Virus record (IMG/VR): IMGVR_UViG_3300034073_005193
Coordinates: 1-64,000 of that record
DNA: 64,000 bases
Source: an uncultured virus (IMG/VR IMGVR_UViG_3300034073_005193)
Taxonomy: Duplodnaviria; Heunggongvirae; Uroviricota; Caudoviricetes
Reading direction: 5' to 3' (one strand)
Shown piece after piece: positions 42,492 to 52,381 of the stretch. The translations under genes were made by a program, and so were the position numbers. The notes under the pieces are model-generated. The model was not told the DNA's origin and made no database searches. It worked only from the letters and a program-made list of their open reading frames with translations. Each line of letters starts with the position of its first letter. Position 1 is the first letter of the stretch.

Positions 42492-43604
42492 CTTACATTC
42501 CTAAATATACAGAAGATTTTGTAAAAACCCCATCAAGTCATTTACTTAATAAACAAGAAAATCGTATTTTGACCTCGGTAATTGTTTCTACAATTCAAAA
42601 GCCTGGAAAAATGGAATCAACTCCATATGCTTTTGATCTTAGTGTCTTTTCAATGCCTCAAGATATGCAGAAGTGGTGCTTTGTTTTGACATTTGACGAG
42701 GATTCAAATATTATTGCTGGTTCATGGTTCTCTGAATATGAAATAACAAAAATTTCTCCAATCTCAAATGATTCAAATGAGAAATTCGTTTTTGATAAAT
42801 GCCTTGAAAGATATGAGACTTTTATGGAAAAATTAAAAATAGAATCAGATTACGAGATTTAAAATGAAAGATAGCATCCTTAAAAATATTAAAAAGGGTA
42901 TCTTTTCAGATTTTAAAGAAGAAAAAAGTAAACCTAAGAAAAAACAACTTTCTTTTGATAAAGAAATTAAATTTTTAGATTGGGATGATAGAAATCATAT
43001 ATCTAGAATTATTCTTCTTCAAAAAGAAGTCACTATAGTTACTCCTCAAAAAGATTTAGCTACTTCAAAAGACGCTAGACATATTGTTTATGTGACAATT
43101 GATAATCATAATGCATGGATAGAGGTTGATTTTGGATGTCTAACTATGCTAAATGATATTCCATCGCTTCAAGTTTCTGTTTGGAACAAATCAAACTTAT
43201 CTTATTTGAAGCATTGGTTAAGCAAGGTATTTGATGAAATTTATATTCAGCAAGCTGATAGGATTGTTGTTAGGGCGAGAGGCAACTGGAGATCTAAAAT
43301 TGAAGAAAAATGATACAAGTAAATATAAGGTTGGAGATTTTTTAAAAATAAAAACTGCAGTAATAGATAATTTTGAAAGAATAGTTGTTAAAGACTATGA
43401 GGAAGAACATCAATTAAAGCTTTTTGAAATTATTGCTGTTTATTTTGTCCATAAAGAATCTCCTCCTTCTTATATGATTTTAATAGAGCCTAATATGATA
43501 GGATGGAATGTAAGCAAATCTCATCAGTTGTATTATGATTTGAATGAAGGGTTGCTGGGTCGTAAATTCTATGATGTGACTGATGATTTTATAGTTGAAT
43601 AAAT

Positions 43605-44405
43605 ATGCAATCTTTAAGTGAAAGACAGGAACATTATAAATCTCCTTATGATTACGAGATCATGAGGAGATTGCCTATTATCATCAGCATTGATGGTAGA
43701 AATTTTTCTAAACTATCAAAGAATTTATCAAAGCCTCATTCTACTCATTTAAGCAAAGTGATGTCAGATGCCTTGCTATATACGATTACAGAGGTCCAAG
43801 GTGCTGTTTTTGGATTTACTTTTGCAGATGAAGTTTCTATTATTGTAAGAAACGATCAAAATTTTGAAACTGAGCCATGGTTGAATAATAAAATACAGCA
43901 AATAGCATCTTCTGCTTCTTCTATTTTTACGCTGGCTTTTTACAAACTAGCTTTGTCTTTAGAGCTGGAACTACTGGGAGATTCAATTTTTAAATCTCAT
44001 GTTTGGGCAGTGCCAACTCTGGTAGAAGCCTCCAATTATATTATATACAGACAGCAAGAATGTTATAAGTCTGCTTTGAGATTAGCTGCTAATCATGAAA
44101 TATCTAAAAAAATAGGTCCAAAAAAAGCTTTTGATTTAATTCAGGGAAAGTCTATTGAAGACAAGATTGATTTGTTATTAAAATATGCAGGTATAAATTT
44201 TCATGAATACTATCCATCTTATTTTTATAATGGAATTGCGGCTTATCGAGCACCCATTTTAATAGAAAGCTCAGAAGAAACTTTTGCCAGGAACAAATGG
44301 ATAATAAACTCTGAAATACCTTATTTTTTAAATAATAAAGATTTCTTATTTAATATTCTTTTAAATGGCAAAGATATTATTAGAGTTTCAGGCTCTGATG
44401 ATTAA
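43605..44405 (+). CDS. Thg1-like tRNA(His) guanylyltransferase / 3'-5' polymerase
   Basis: IDGRNFSK and ADEVS catalytic carboxylates; NYIIYRQQEC. Confidence 0.85.
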   Translation: MQSLSERQEHYKSPYDYEIMRRLPIIISIDGRNFSKLSKNLSKPHSTHLSKVMSDALLYTITEVQGAVFGFTFADEVSIIVRNDQNFETEPWLNNKIQQIASSASSIFTLAFYKLALSLELELLGDSIFKSHVWAVPTLVEASNYIIYRQQECYKSALRLAANHEISKKIGPKKAFDLIQGKSIEDKIDLLLKYAGINFHEYYPSYFYNGIAAYRAPILIESSEETFARNKWIINSEIPYFLNNKDFLFNILLNGKDIIRVSGSDD

Positions 44406-44506
44406 ATTATTGTCGATAGATATATCTGTCTGATATAGTTTAAACGTGACTTGGGTTATTCAAGTTGCATTTCAGTTAAAATAATTTATTATAAATTGGA
44501 GAAAAT

Positions 44507-44986
44507 ATGTCAAATTTTAAAATTGAACTAGACCCTAGAGAAGATAAAGATAGCCAGATTTATTATCTGAGTAAAAAATCTGGTCCACTTATTCTAAATT
44601 TAAGAAAAGGAGTTGCTTTTTTAATTTTTACCTCAGAAGACGGTAACGAGGAACTGCAAATTGCCAATTTAGACAATGATAATGGTCATTATTCTACCTT
44701 CTACAGGAAAGATGACCGTCTTAAAATTCGTTTAGATAAACGCCAAGATTCTTATGGTAAAAGCTTTTACGTTGCTAAAATGAAAGCAAATTTTAATATT
44801 GACTGTTCAGATGTAAGTTTTTTGGCTTTCCTATCAAAGGACGGTAAAGAAGAACTTCAAATAGTTGGTAAGCTTGATAATTCTTCTCGCCAAGAAAGAG
44901 TTTCTAAAAAAAGAAAAATGGTACCAGTAGCCACAGCTACGGTATCGGTTAATTCTGAGTCAGAACCAGTTTCAGCAGCCAGTTGA
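44507..44986 (+). CDS. Hypothetical protein with two internal repeats
   Basis: KI.LD.R.D....(Y/F)Y..K...V.FL.F.S.DG.EELQI occurs twice. Confidence 0.75.
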   Translation: MSNFKIELDPREDKDSQIYYLSKKSGPLILNLRKGVAFLIFTSEDGNEELQIANLDNDNGHYSTFYRKDDRLKIRLDKRQDSYGKSFYVAKMKANFNIDCSDVSFLAFLSKDGKEELQIVGKLDNSSRQERVSKKRKMVPVATATVSVNSESEPVSAAS

Positions 44987-45293
44987 TATAAATAATGAAA
45001 TTTTTTAAGTTTGAAGATTTGTGGAATTATTCTGAAAAAATATCATCTAATGATCAAATCTCATTGGATGATTCAGAATCTAAAATTTTAGAATCTTTAA
45101 AATCAGGAAAGTATGGAGAGGTATTATATTATCTTTCTAATATTTCCAGAGACAAAAATATTAATATTTTTGTCGAGTTGCAGAAGGCTGTGACCGATCA
45201 TTTCGTTGCACAGCAGGAAGACGATTAAGTCAAAATTTTTTGAATTGACAAGATCGATGCCAGGTATTACCACCCTATAGGAGGTGAATCGCA

Positions 45294-45854
45294 ATGTGGA
45301 ATACCTGGTTCTTCTTTTTTTTACTATTCAATCCTGAGCCGCCTGCTACTTCAATTTTGGATTTAATTAATCCAATCCCTTTAGAGGGGTCTTGTAAAGG
45401 GTCTGCCATTATTGAATGGCAAGGAGACTCTAAAAAAGAGTCTATTCAAATTGTTAACGAAACATGCAATAATGCAGTTTTAAATTTTAAAAAGTTTTTA
45501 GATTATAAAAAAATTTCTTATGATGAAAATTTAAATTTATCAGTAAATATATCCGTTTTAGATTCTGGATTTAAAAATAAAGCGTTAAACGATCCTAAAA
45601 GATTTACAAATGGTATTGTTCCAAGGGATAGTGAAGGATATGTTTTAATTGCACATGGCTATTATAGCTTAAAATTAAAGCAGATTTTTATATTTAATAA
45701 AATATTTATCAATAATAAGTCTAATAAATTTTTTAAAAACGCATTATCTCATGAAGTATTTCATGCTTTAATACATCAAAATAATATTAAACTTCCCTCT
45801 GAGCAAGAGGAAGTTTTAGCTATTCAATTTTCTAAATTTTTAGGATTGTGGTAA
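45294..45854 (+). CDS. Secreted/membrane zincin-like protein
   Basis: Hydrophobic N-terminus; LSHEVFHAL...EEVLA. Confidence 0.6.
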   Translation: MWNTWFFFFLLFNPEPPATSILDLINPIPLEGSCKGSAIIEWQGDSKKESIQIVNETCNNAVLNFKKFLDYKKISYDENLNLSVNISVLDSGFKNKALNDPKRFTNGIVPRDSEGYVLIAHGYYSLKLKQIFIFNKIFINNKSNKFFKNALSHEVFHALIHQNNIKLPSEQEEVLAIQFSKFLGLW

Positions 45855-46292
45855 AGAGGATTTTAATAAATACAATCTCTCTTCAGAAGAATTTGCCTGC
45901 GCTGCAAGCAAATCATCTATACCCAAAGATAATTTATCTTCTTCATCCAACACAGTTCTTAACTTTTTAGAAAGTTTTAAGAAAGATTCCTCTGCTCGAA
46001 CTGCATTTTTAAAACAATTAATTGGAATAGAAGCATCTAATTTGACATTTTCTGAGATGTGATTTATAATTTCACATTGCTTTTCAAAGCTTACTAATTT
46101 AGTATCAAATACTCCTATAATTTTTTCTGCGGTAGCATCTACGTCTTCTACTATTCCTTCATACAGTCTTTGAAATAGCAAATGGTCTTGATAAAATGAA
46201 AGACCAGCGCATTGCCAATGACAATTCTGATACATCAGATATAGAAATCTTAGGTGCCCTAAATACCATGGTAATAATTTTTCACTATTCAT
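45840..46292 (-). CDS. Dps/ferritin-like protein
   Basis: HW, HLLFQRLYE, D..AEK ferroxidase-like residues; YLL near C-terminus. Confidence 0.8.
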   Translation of the reverse strand: MNSEKLLPWYLGHLRFLYLMYQNCHWQCAGLSFYQDHLLFQRLYEGIVEDVDATAEKIIGVFDTKLVSFEKQCEIINHISENVKLDASIPINCFKNAVRAEESFLKLSKKLRTVLDEEDKLSLGIDDLLAAQANSSEERLYLLKSSLPQS

Positions 46293-46308
46293 ACTAAAAT
46301 GTTCAATT

Positions 46309-47055
46309 ATGGATAAAACGCTAAATATAAAATTAGATCTGGACGTTAAATTGTTGTGTGTTAGCGATATACACGAGCATCCAGACCAATTTTTTGAAAT
46401 TGTTAATAAATTTCCAATCTCAGAAAAAATGAGATTAGTTGTTTGTGGTGATATTTTTGATAAAGGATATGGCTTTTCTGCAGCAGAAAAAATTATTAAT
46501 AAATTAAAATATCACATGGATCTAGGTCAAGCCTACTTTATTAAAGGCAATCATGAGCTAAAAAATATTAAAAAAAGCAGACAGGCTGGTTCACTATCTC
46601 CATTAATGAAATGGGTAGATAATCAGCCTATTTCTTTGTCTTTTATTTATAATAATTCATCTAGATATACCGTTGTTCATGGGGGAGTTGATGGTTATAT
46701 GGGATGGGATGATTTAGTTTATGATCTGAGCGTTTGTTATATTCGATACTTATCTAATAGTCATAAAAAAATGATACCCATTAAAAAAGAGCAAAAAGAT
46801 GGACTTATTGTCTATACTCCAAAAGATCCGGAAAATTCTTTGTGGCATGAAGTATATGATGGTAGATTTGGTTATATTATTTCAGGTCATAATAGCAATC
46901 CTTCTGGTCCAAATTTTTATAAATATTCTTGTAATATTGATACGGGAGTATTTGACTCTGGCAAATTAACAGCTGCAATCTTTTCTTCTAAAGGGCGAGA
47001 AGAAATTTATCAAGCAATAGGGAAGGCTTATAAAGATGAGCAAGTTATTACCTGA
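46309..47055 (+). CDS. Calcineurin-like metallophosphoesterase
   Basis: SDIHE, GDIFDKG, GNHE, VHGG, SGH, IDTG. Confidence 0.9.
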   Translation: MDKTLNIKLDLDVKLLCVSDIHEHPDQFFEIVNKFPISEKMRLVVCGDIFDKGYGFSAAEKIINKLKYHMDLGQAYFIKGNHELKNIKKSRQAGSLSPLMKWVDNQPISLSFIYNNSSRYTVVHGGVDGYMGWDDLVYDLSVCYIRYLSNSHKKMIPIKKEQKDGLIVYTPKDPENSLWHEVYDGRFGYIISGHNSNPSGPNFYKYSCNIDTGVFDSGKLTAAIFSSKGREEIYQAIGKAYKDEQVIT

Positions 47056-48452
47056 TATTTATTCTTATCTCAAGAATGTAAGAAGAATTGTTGACGTATC
47101 AGGATCCGAGGAGTTAGTTTATAGAGTCTCCGCTTATACGGGAAAAGAATATATAATTTCAAAAGAAATATTAGAAATTACTTTTGAAGAGCTTATTAAT
47201 ACAATGTTAGACGATTACGGTCTTTTATTTAGTTTTGGAATTTTAGTTATAAATACTGAAACCTCTAAATACACTTGTAAAACTCATTCAAAATTTAAAA
47301 GGTTCTATGGATCTAGAAGAAAAAATAAAACTAATACCTGAAATGTCTGTACAAGCCTTGGCATCTCACATAGTATTGTATAAATCTCTTGGTTTATTTA
47401 GAGATTTTGCAATTAAATGTATGGAAGAGCTGGCTAAGAGAAAAGCTAATGGAGAAACTTTTGACTATGATTCTTTTATAAAAGAAGAATTGAATAAAAT
47501 TCCAAAGCTTAAAGAAGGCACGGGGGCGATGGATGCTTTTTCAATGATTAAATCTATTTCCAATGACGCTTCTATCTTGGGTAAGAAACAATGAAATTAA
47601 TTGAAGGATTTTGTGAATATTTCTATGAGACATTTAAACCTGCAATGGACGCAGATTTTGAGAGGGGAAAATTTCCAATTGAATATGAAAACTCGAAAGT
47701 AATTGAGCATAAAATTTATAGTGCAGAATGGTCATTGCTACTTCAGCCTATAAAGATAAATGCTTTATTTATTGACCTGTCATATGAAGAGTTAAATTGG
47801 ATATTGTTATTAGAAAATAATAATTTTTCTTTTTTGTTTAAGTTTGTTGATGGAGAATATTCTATTTTAGACAAGTCAGGAAAATTAATGCCAGTAGAAT
47901 ATACCGCCTCCTTAGTTTCTAATTTTGAAAAAATGATCAATCTTGGATTTGGTTGGACCCCTCAAGAAAAATCTAATGAATTAATTAAAATTATTATTAA
48001 CAATATTTGAAAGGGCAGAAAATGAATTATTTAAACGATTTTATGAATGAATGTATTTCTTCTGGTAGATCGTCCGTTCAAGACATTACAGAAGCAGCAA
48101 AGCAAAAAATTAAATATATTGAAATTGAAATTGAAAAAATAGATTCTTTAAAAAAAGAAGAAAAGGCTCTTAAATCTTTGTTGAAGCAATTGGGAGGTGA
48201 TACAGATAAAAACTTCGTAGAAAGAATTATCTTGTCTCAAGATTTTAACTTATTAAATTCTGATATAAAAAATATAAGTCATTCAATTATTGAATTTGTA
48301 AGTGAACATAATGATGTTTCTGTTCAGAATATTATTGAAGCAACTTCTGGTTTAGAAAATTCTAGACTGGTTTTAACTGCTTTAAAATGGTTAATTGATA
48401 ATAAAATAATTTCCAGAAATGAAAAATCTAGAAAAATATCTAGGGGCGAACA

Positions 48453-48821
48453 ATGGGATTTAAAAGAAAAAAAACTCAATCTCATAAATTTAAAAAGTTA
48501 AGAACTAAAAAAAAGAAAAAACCAATATATTCTTTCTTAAGAAAAGAATATACAATTAATCCAGAAATAATTATGAATAATGTTTGGGCAAGGATGGGAA
48601 AGTCTTTAGACCAAAGAATGCTTCATGATATTTATAAAATTATAGATGAATTTTTATTTGAAAAATTAGCATATGAAAAAAAATGCACTGTACAAGGATT
48701 CGGGTCTTTACAGCTAGTGGAAGAGCCTTATATTAAGGCTAATGGCGATCCAGAGATCAGAATTGATTTTATTCCAGATTTAAAATTAAAAGAAAAAATT
48801 AAATTATTAAAAAGGAGATAG
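48453..48821 (+). CDS. Possible HU/IHF-like DNA-binding protein
   Basis: VQGFGSLQL and F.P...LKEKI resemble the HU signature. Confidence 0.5.
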   Translation: MGFKRKKTQSHKFKKLRTKKKKKPIYSFLRKEYTINPEIIMNNVWARMGKSLDQRMLHDIYKIIDEFLFEKLAYEKKCTVQGFGSLQLVEEPYIKANGDPEIRIDFIPDLKLKEKIKLLKRR

Positions 48822-49340
48822 TTATGTCGCGAGGAAGAAAAGAAGGATCTGTTTCAGGTAAACGACCTATATTTTGGGTATGTATTTCTAATTCTAGTGA
48901 ATTAATTGTAGAAAAAATTTATTCTCCATCAGATGCTTCCGATGAAGATATTAAAAATTTTACAGACGAAATGGCTGCTAAAATATATTTTAATCTTCAC
49001 GGAGAAGAGCCAGAGCGCATCATTGGTCCATGTTATGATGTTAAATCATTGAAAATATCTTCTAACAATGAAGAAAAAGAAGAAGTTTTTAACTTGAAAA
49101 AGCTAAAAATATCTTCGACATTGGGTCCCGCGACATATAATGGTTGGAAGGGAACGGTTTTTGAAATAGCTGGAAAATCGGACGAAGTTTTATTTATAGC
49201 CTCTGAAAGAGCGGATTCTAATATGAATAAAATTTTACCAAGTGCAACTCCTGTTAAAAAAGAATTAATTAAATTTTTAATGTAATAGTTAAATATTAAT
49301 CAAAGAATAATAATATTAACAAAACTAAGGTATTAGGATT

Positions 49341-49703
49341 ATGATGAGTCTTTCAAAAGAAAAGTTAATTAAATTTAAAGAGTTTTTTATGATTGAGCAT
49401 GAAAAAATTGTAAAGAATTCGGCAGCAAGATCTTTGGACGAAACAGACGTTGGAGGAGATGAAGCCGATATAGTTTCTTTAGGTCAAATTAAAAATTTGG
49501 CTGAATCTCTTTCTGCAAGAGATAAGGCTGCGCTTAATCGCATTGAAAACTCTCTAATAAAGATTGCTAAAGGTACTTTTGGTCAATGTGAAGAATGCGA
49601 AGAGCTTATTTCGGAAGCAAGATTAAAAGCAATTCCTGATTGTTCTTTTTGCATTTCTTGTGCAGAGCAATATGAATTAAATGTAAAAAGGGGAATGGCT
49701 TGA
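49341..49703 (+). CDS. dksA: DksA/TraR family RNAP-binding factor
   Basis: DEAD coiled-coil tip, GTFGQCEEC, RLKAIP..CISC. Confidence 0.9.
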   Translation: MMSLSKEKLIKFKEFFMIEHEKIVKNSAARSLDETDVGGDEADIVSLGQIKNLAESLSARDKAALNRIENSLIKIAKGTFGQCEECEELISEARLKAIPDCSFCISCAEQYELNVKRGMA

Positions 49704-49717
49704 GCTAGGAGCCTGTT

Positions 49718-50314
49718 ATGGACGATGAATTTCAATTGGGACCTCATAGGTTAGACGCTGAAATATATAAAAATTTATTTGAAAGCCGTTCAATTTTCCT
49801 ATTAGGAGATATTCACGTTCAATCCGCTGCTAATCTAGCGGCTCAATTGTTATGGCTCAATGCAATCAAGCAAGATGAGATTACTGTTTATATCAATTCT
49901 CAAGGAGGTGATATTGATAGTGGTCTTTTTACAATTTACGATACTATTCAATGGATAACCTCTCCAGTATCTACCGTTTGTATTGGAGAGGCTTATTCTA
50001 GTGCAGGCTACATATTAGCCTCTGGTTCTAGAGGAAAGAGATACGCCTATCCTCATTCTAAAATTATGATTCATGGGGTACAAACTTCTGAGCTATCTGG
50101 AACTCAAGAGGAAATTGAGGCTGAAAGCAAAAGAATAAAATTATTAAATCAATCTTTAATGGAAGTGATGGCAAGGCATTCAAAGCAATCTTTTTCCAAA
50201 GTTAAAAGAGATTTTAAAAAAGATAAATATTTTACAGCAGAAGAAGCTTTAAAATACGGTCTAATTGATGAAGTTATTGAGCCTACAAAAAAGATTCCAC
50301 CTCTAAAAAGATAG
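49718..50314 (+). CDS. clpP: ClpP protease subunit
   Basis: YINSQGG, IYDT, AYSSA (Ser), IMIH (His), DKYFTAEEALKYGLID. Confidence 0.93.
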   Translation: MDDEFQLGPHRLDAEIYKNLFESRSIFLLGDIHVQSAANLAAQLLWLNAIKQDEITVYINSQGGDIDSGLFTIYDTIQWITSPVSTVCIGEAYSSAGYILASGSRGKRYAYPHSKIMIHGVQTSELSGTQEEIEAESKRIKLLNQSLMEVMARHSKQSFSKVKRDFKKDKYFTAEEALKYGLIDEVIEPTKKIPPLKR

Positions 50315-50333
50315 AATATTTTGCTATAATGAC

Positions 50334-51983
50334 ATGGATAAATTAGCCAGAAAAAAATCATCCGATCCAAAGCAAGAAGCTTTGCGTCAAGAAAAACAGG
50401 ATTGGAATGAGCAAACAAGTGAATTAATTAGCGAGCTTATTTCTTTAAAGCGTGGATTAAATGGAAAAGGAGACTCTTCAGAGGGGTTGCCTCCTTCTTC
50501 TATTAAAGACCCAATTCCGCCTCAAATAGGAGCTTATTTAAATGAGGTAGCCTCTAGCGCAGCCAAAGTAATAGAAGAGGCTCGCAACATTATTAACAAG
50601 CAAGAAAACTACTCTTCTTCTAGAAAAAAAAGAAGCATGTCAAAGGAAGAAGAGGAAATAATTAAATTGGCGGGATTTATTTCTGAGGCTTCGTGGGCAG
50701 GCTCTCGCCTTCTGGCTAGATATTGGACATTGAGAAATTTACCAGAAAAACAAAAAGCCTTTGTTTTGGATTTAATGTATTCATTAACAGATATTAATGA
50801 TAAATTAAAAATTTTTGAAGAAAAATTAATAGAGCCCAATCAAAAAAGCTTAGCAAAAGCTTTTATAGATAGCTTGGCAGTATTATCCTTGTATAGGAAT
50901 AATATTCTTAACAAAACCAATTATTTTTTAGGTAGACCTGCATTACCAAATATTAGTCACAGTGAGAGACCAGAAAAACCAGAAAAACCAGAAAAACCAG
51001 AAAAACCAGCTCGGCAGCAAGCACTTACAGATGAATCTAAAAGAAGTGTAGAAGAAAATCTATCAGCTGCGCAGCAGAAGGAAAAGGATGAGGCAAAACA
51101 AACTTTTCTTAAAATGGATGCGGATTTGGGATATGCAGAAAGATTAAATAAATTTACAAAAGAAATAAAAGGTAAGACAATACTAGTTTCAAAAAAAGGA
51201 ACTCCTGATGATTTCAATAAAAAATTGCAAGCAATAATTGCTGAAAGAGACAAAATTAAATCAAGTATTTCTAGGCGACAACCCATGTATAATATAATTC
51301 TTTCTATTGGGTCATTTAAAAACCAATATGAGTCATTAATTAGTTATTTTATACAAGATTTTTCTATTAATGGAACCGAAGAAGACGCATGGGACTCTTT
51401 AGGCAAAGACACATCAAAAACTCCATTTAACGAAATGGAATATGAAATTGATCCTGTTTTGAATTCAACTACATTTGCTAATATTTATATGAAGCTTCCA
51501 CTTTCTTCTGATGCGTTTGCTACGATTAACATGGATATTGATGAAGAAGAAGGTGCGCCAGAAAGTAATGAGTCAAATAAAAATACAGAAGATAGTCGGC
51601 AATTGAGTCTTTTCGTTAGCGATGGCTCATCTTTTGTTAAAGACGCGGGTTTCTTCAGAAGATTTATTAGAGAAAAAATTTTACAATTTAAAACACCAAC
51701 AGCAACAGAAATTGAACAAAAAAGAGCACTTCAAGCATCAAAAGACTTGAGAGTTTCAATAGATTCTTTTTTAGATTTATTAGAAAATTCAAATACGTCT
51801 ATAAATTCTATTATAGAAGAATTAAATCAATTAACTAAAAATTTTAAACTTCTTGGTTCTATTATGAGGAATCTCGGAGAATCATTTAGAATCCTATCTT
51901 GGGGAGAAGGTGTTAAAGAAATTTCAAAAGAAGAAATGACCGCCTATGATAGAGTTTTGAACTCCATACCGGATAAAATTTAA
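50334..51983 (+). CDS. Large hypothetical protein, probably leaderless, possible virion protein
   Basis: 549 aa; AATATTTTGCTATAAT-3nt-ATG; MDKLA, IIKLAG, FVKDAG motifs; PEK repeat. Confidence 0.65.
   Translation: MDKLARKKSSDPKQEALRQEKQDWNEQTSELISELISLKRGLNGKGDSSEGLPPSSIKDPIPPQIGAYLNEVASSAAKVIEEARNIINKQENYSSSRKKRSMSKEEEEIIKLAGFISEASWAGSRLLARYWTLRNLPEKQKAFVLDLMYSLTDINDKLKIFEEKLIEPNQKSLAKAFIDSLAVLSLYRNNILNKTNYFLGRPALPNISHSERPEKPEKPEKPEKPARQQALTDESKRSVEENLSAAQQKEKDEAKQTFLKMDADLGYAERLNKFTKEIKGKTILVSKKGTPDDFNKKLQAIIAERDKIKSSISRRQPMYNIILSIGSFKNQYESLISYFIQDFSINGTEEDAWDSLGKDTSKTPFNEMEYEIDPVLNSTTFANIYMKLPLSSDAFATINMDIDEEEGAPESNESNKNTEDSRQLSLFVSDGSSFVKDAGFFRRFIREKILQFKTPTATEIEQKRALQASKDLRVSIDSFLDLLENSNTSINSIIEELNQLTKNFKLLGSIMRNLGESFRILSWGEGVKEISKEEMTAYDRVLNSIPDKI
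50970..51005 (+). repeat. 9-bp in-frame tandem repeat (CCAGAAAAA)x4
   Basis: Encodes PEKPEKPEKPEK. Confidence 0.95.
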
Positions 51984-51985
51984 TT

Positions 51986-52378
51986 ATGGATTTAATTATT
52001 ATAGGTAAATATAAGTTCCCAGTGGAGATAGCATTATCTGCCGAGGAGCAATCTAGGGGATTAATGAATTGTTATGAGCCTAAAATTATGGCTTTTCCAG
52101 GAAAGAAATCAATTAAAAGCTTTTGGATGAAGAATACTCCTATGCCTTTGGACTTGATCTTTGCCTGCGATGGAGCTATAGTAGATCGCAAAAAGGGATC
52201 GCCTTTTTCTCTTGGAAATATTTCATCCGATTATGAATCTGACTTAATAGTAGAGTTTCCAAGAGGAGTATTAGACCATTTTCCAATTAACATTGGCGAT
52301 GATATTTGCTTAAATTATTCTATAAAAACTATTGCTAAAAAATTCAATTTTACCCTAAACAAATTAGGAGATTTATGA
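51986..52378 (+). CDS. DUF192 family protein
   Basis: VEIA....RGLM, FWMKNTPMPLDLIF, VEFP.G. Confidence 0.88.
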   Translation: MDLIIIGKYKFPVEIALSAEEQSRGLMNCYEPKIMAFPGKKSIKSFWMKNTPMPLDLIFACDGAIVDRKKGSPFSLGNISSDYESDLIVEFPRGVLDHFPINIGDDICLNYSIKTIAKKFNFTLNKLGDL

Positions 52379-52381
52379 TTT

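Noticed and set aside
44440..44480. Possible tRNA or ncRNA
   Set aside because: Only a single short hairpin; no cloverleaf or T-loop
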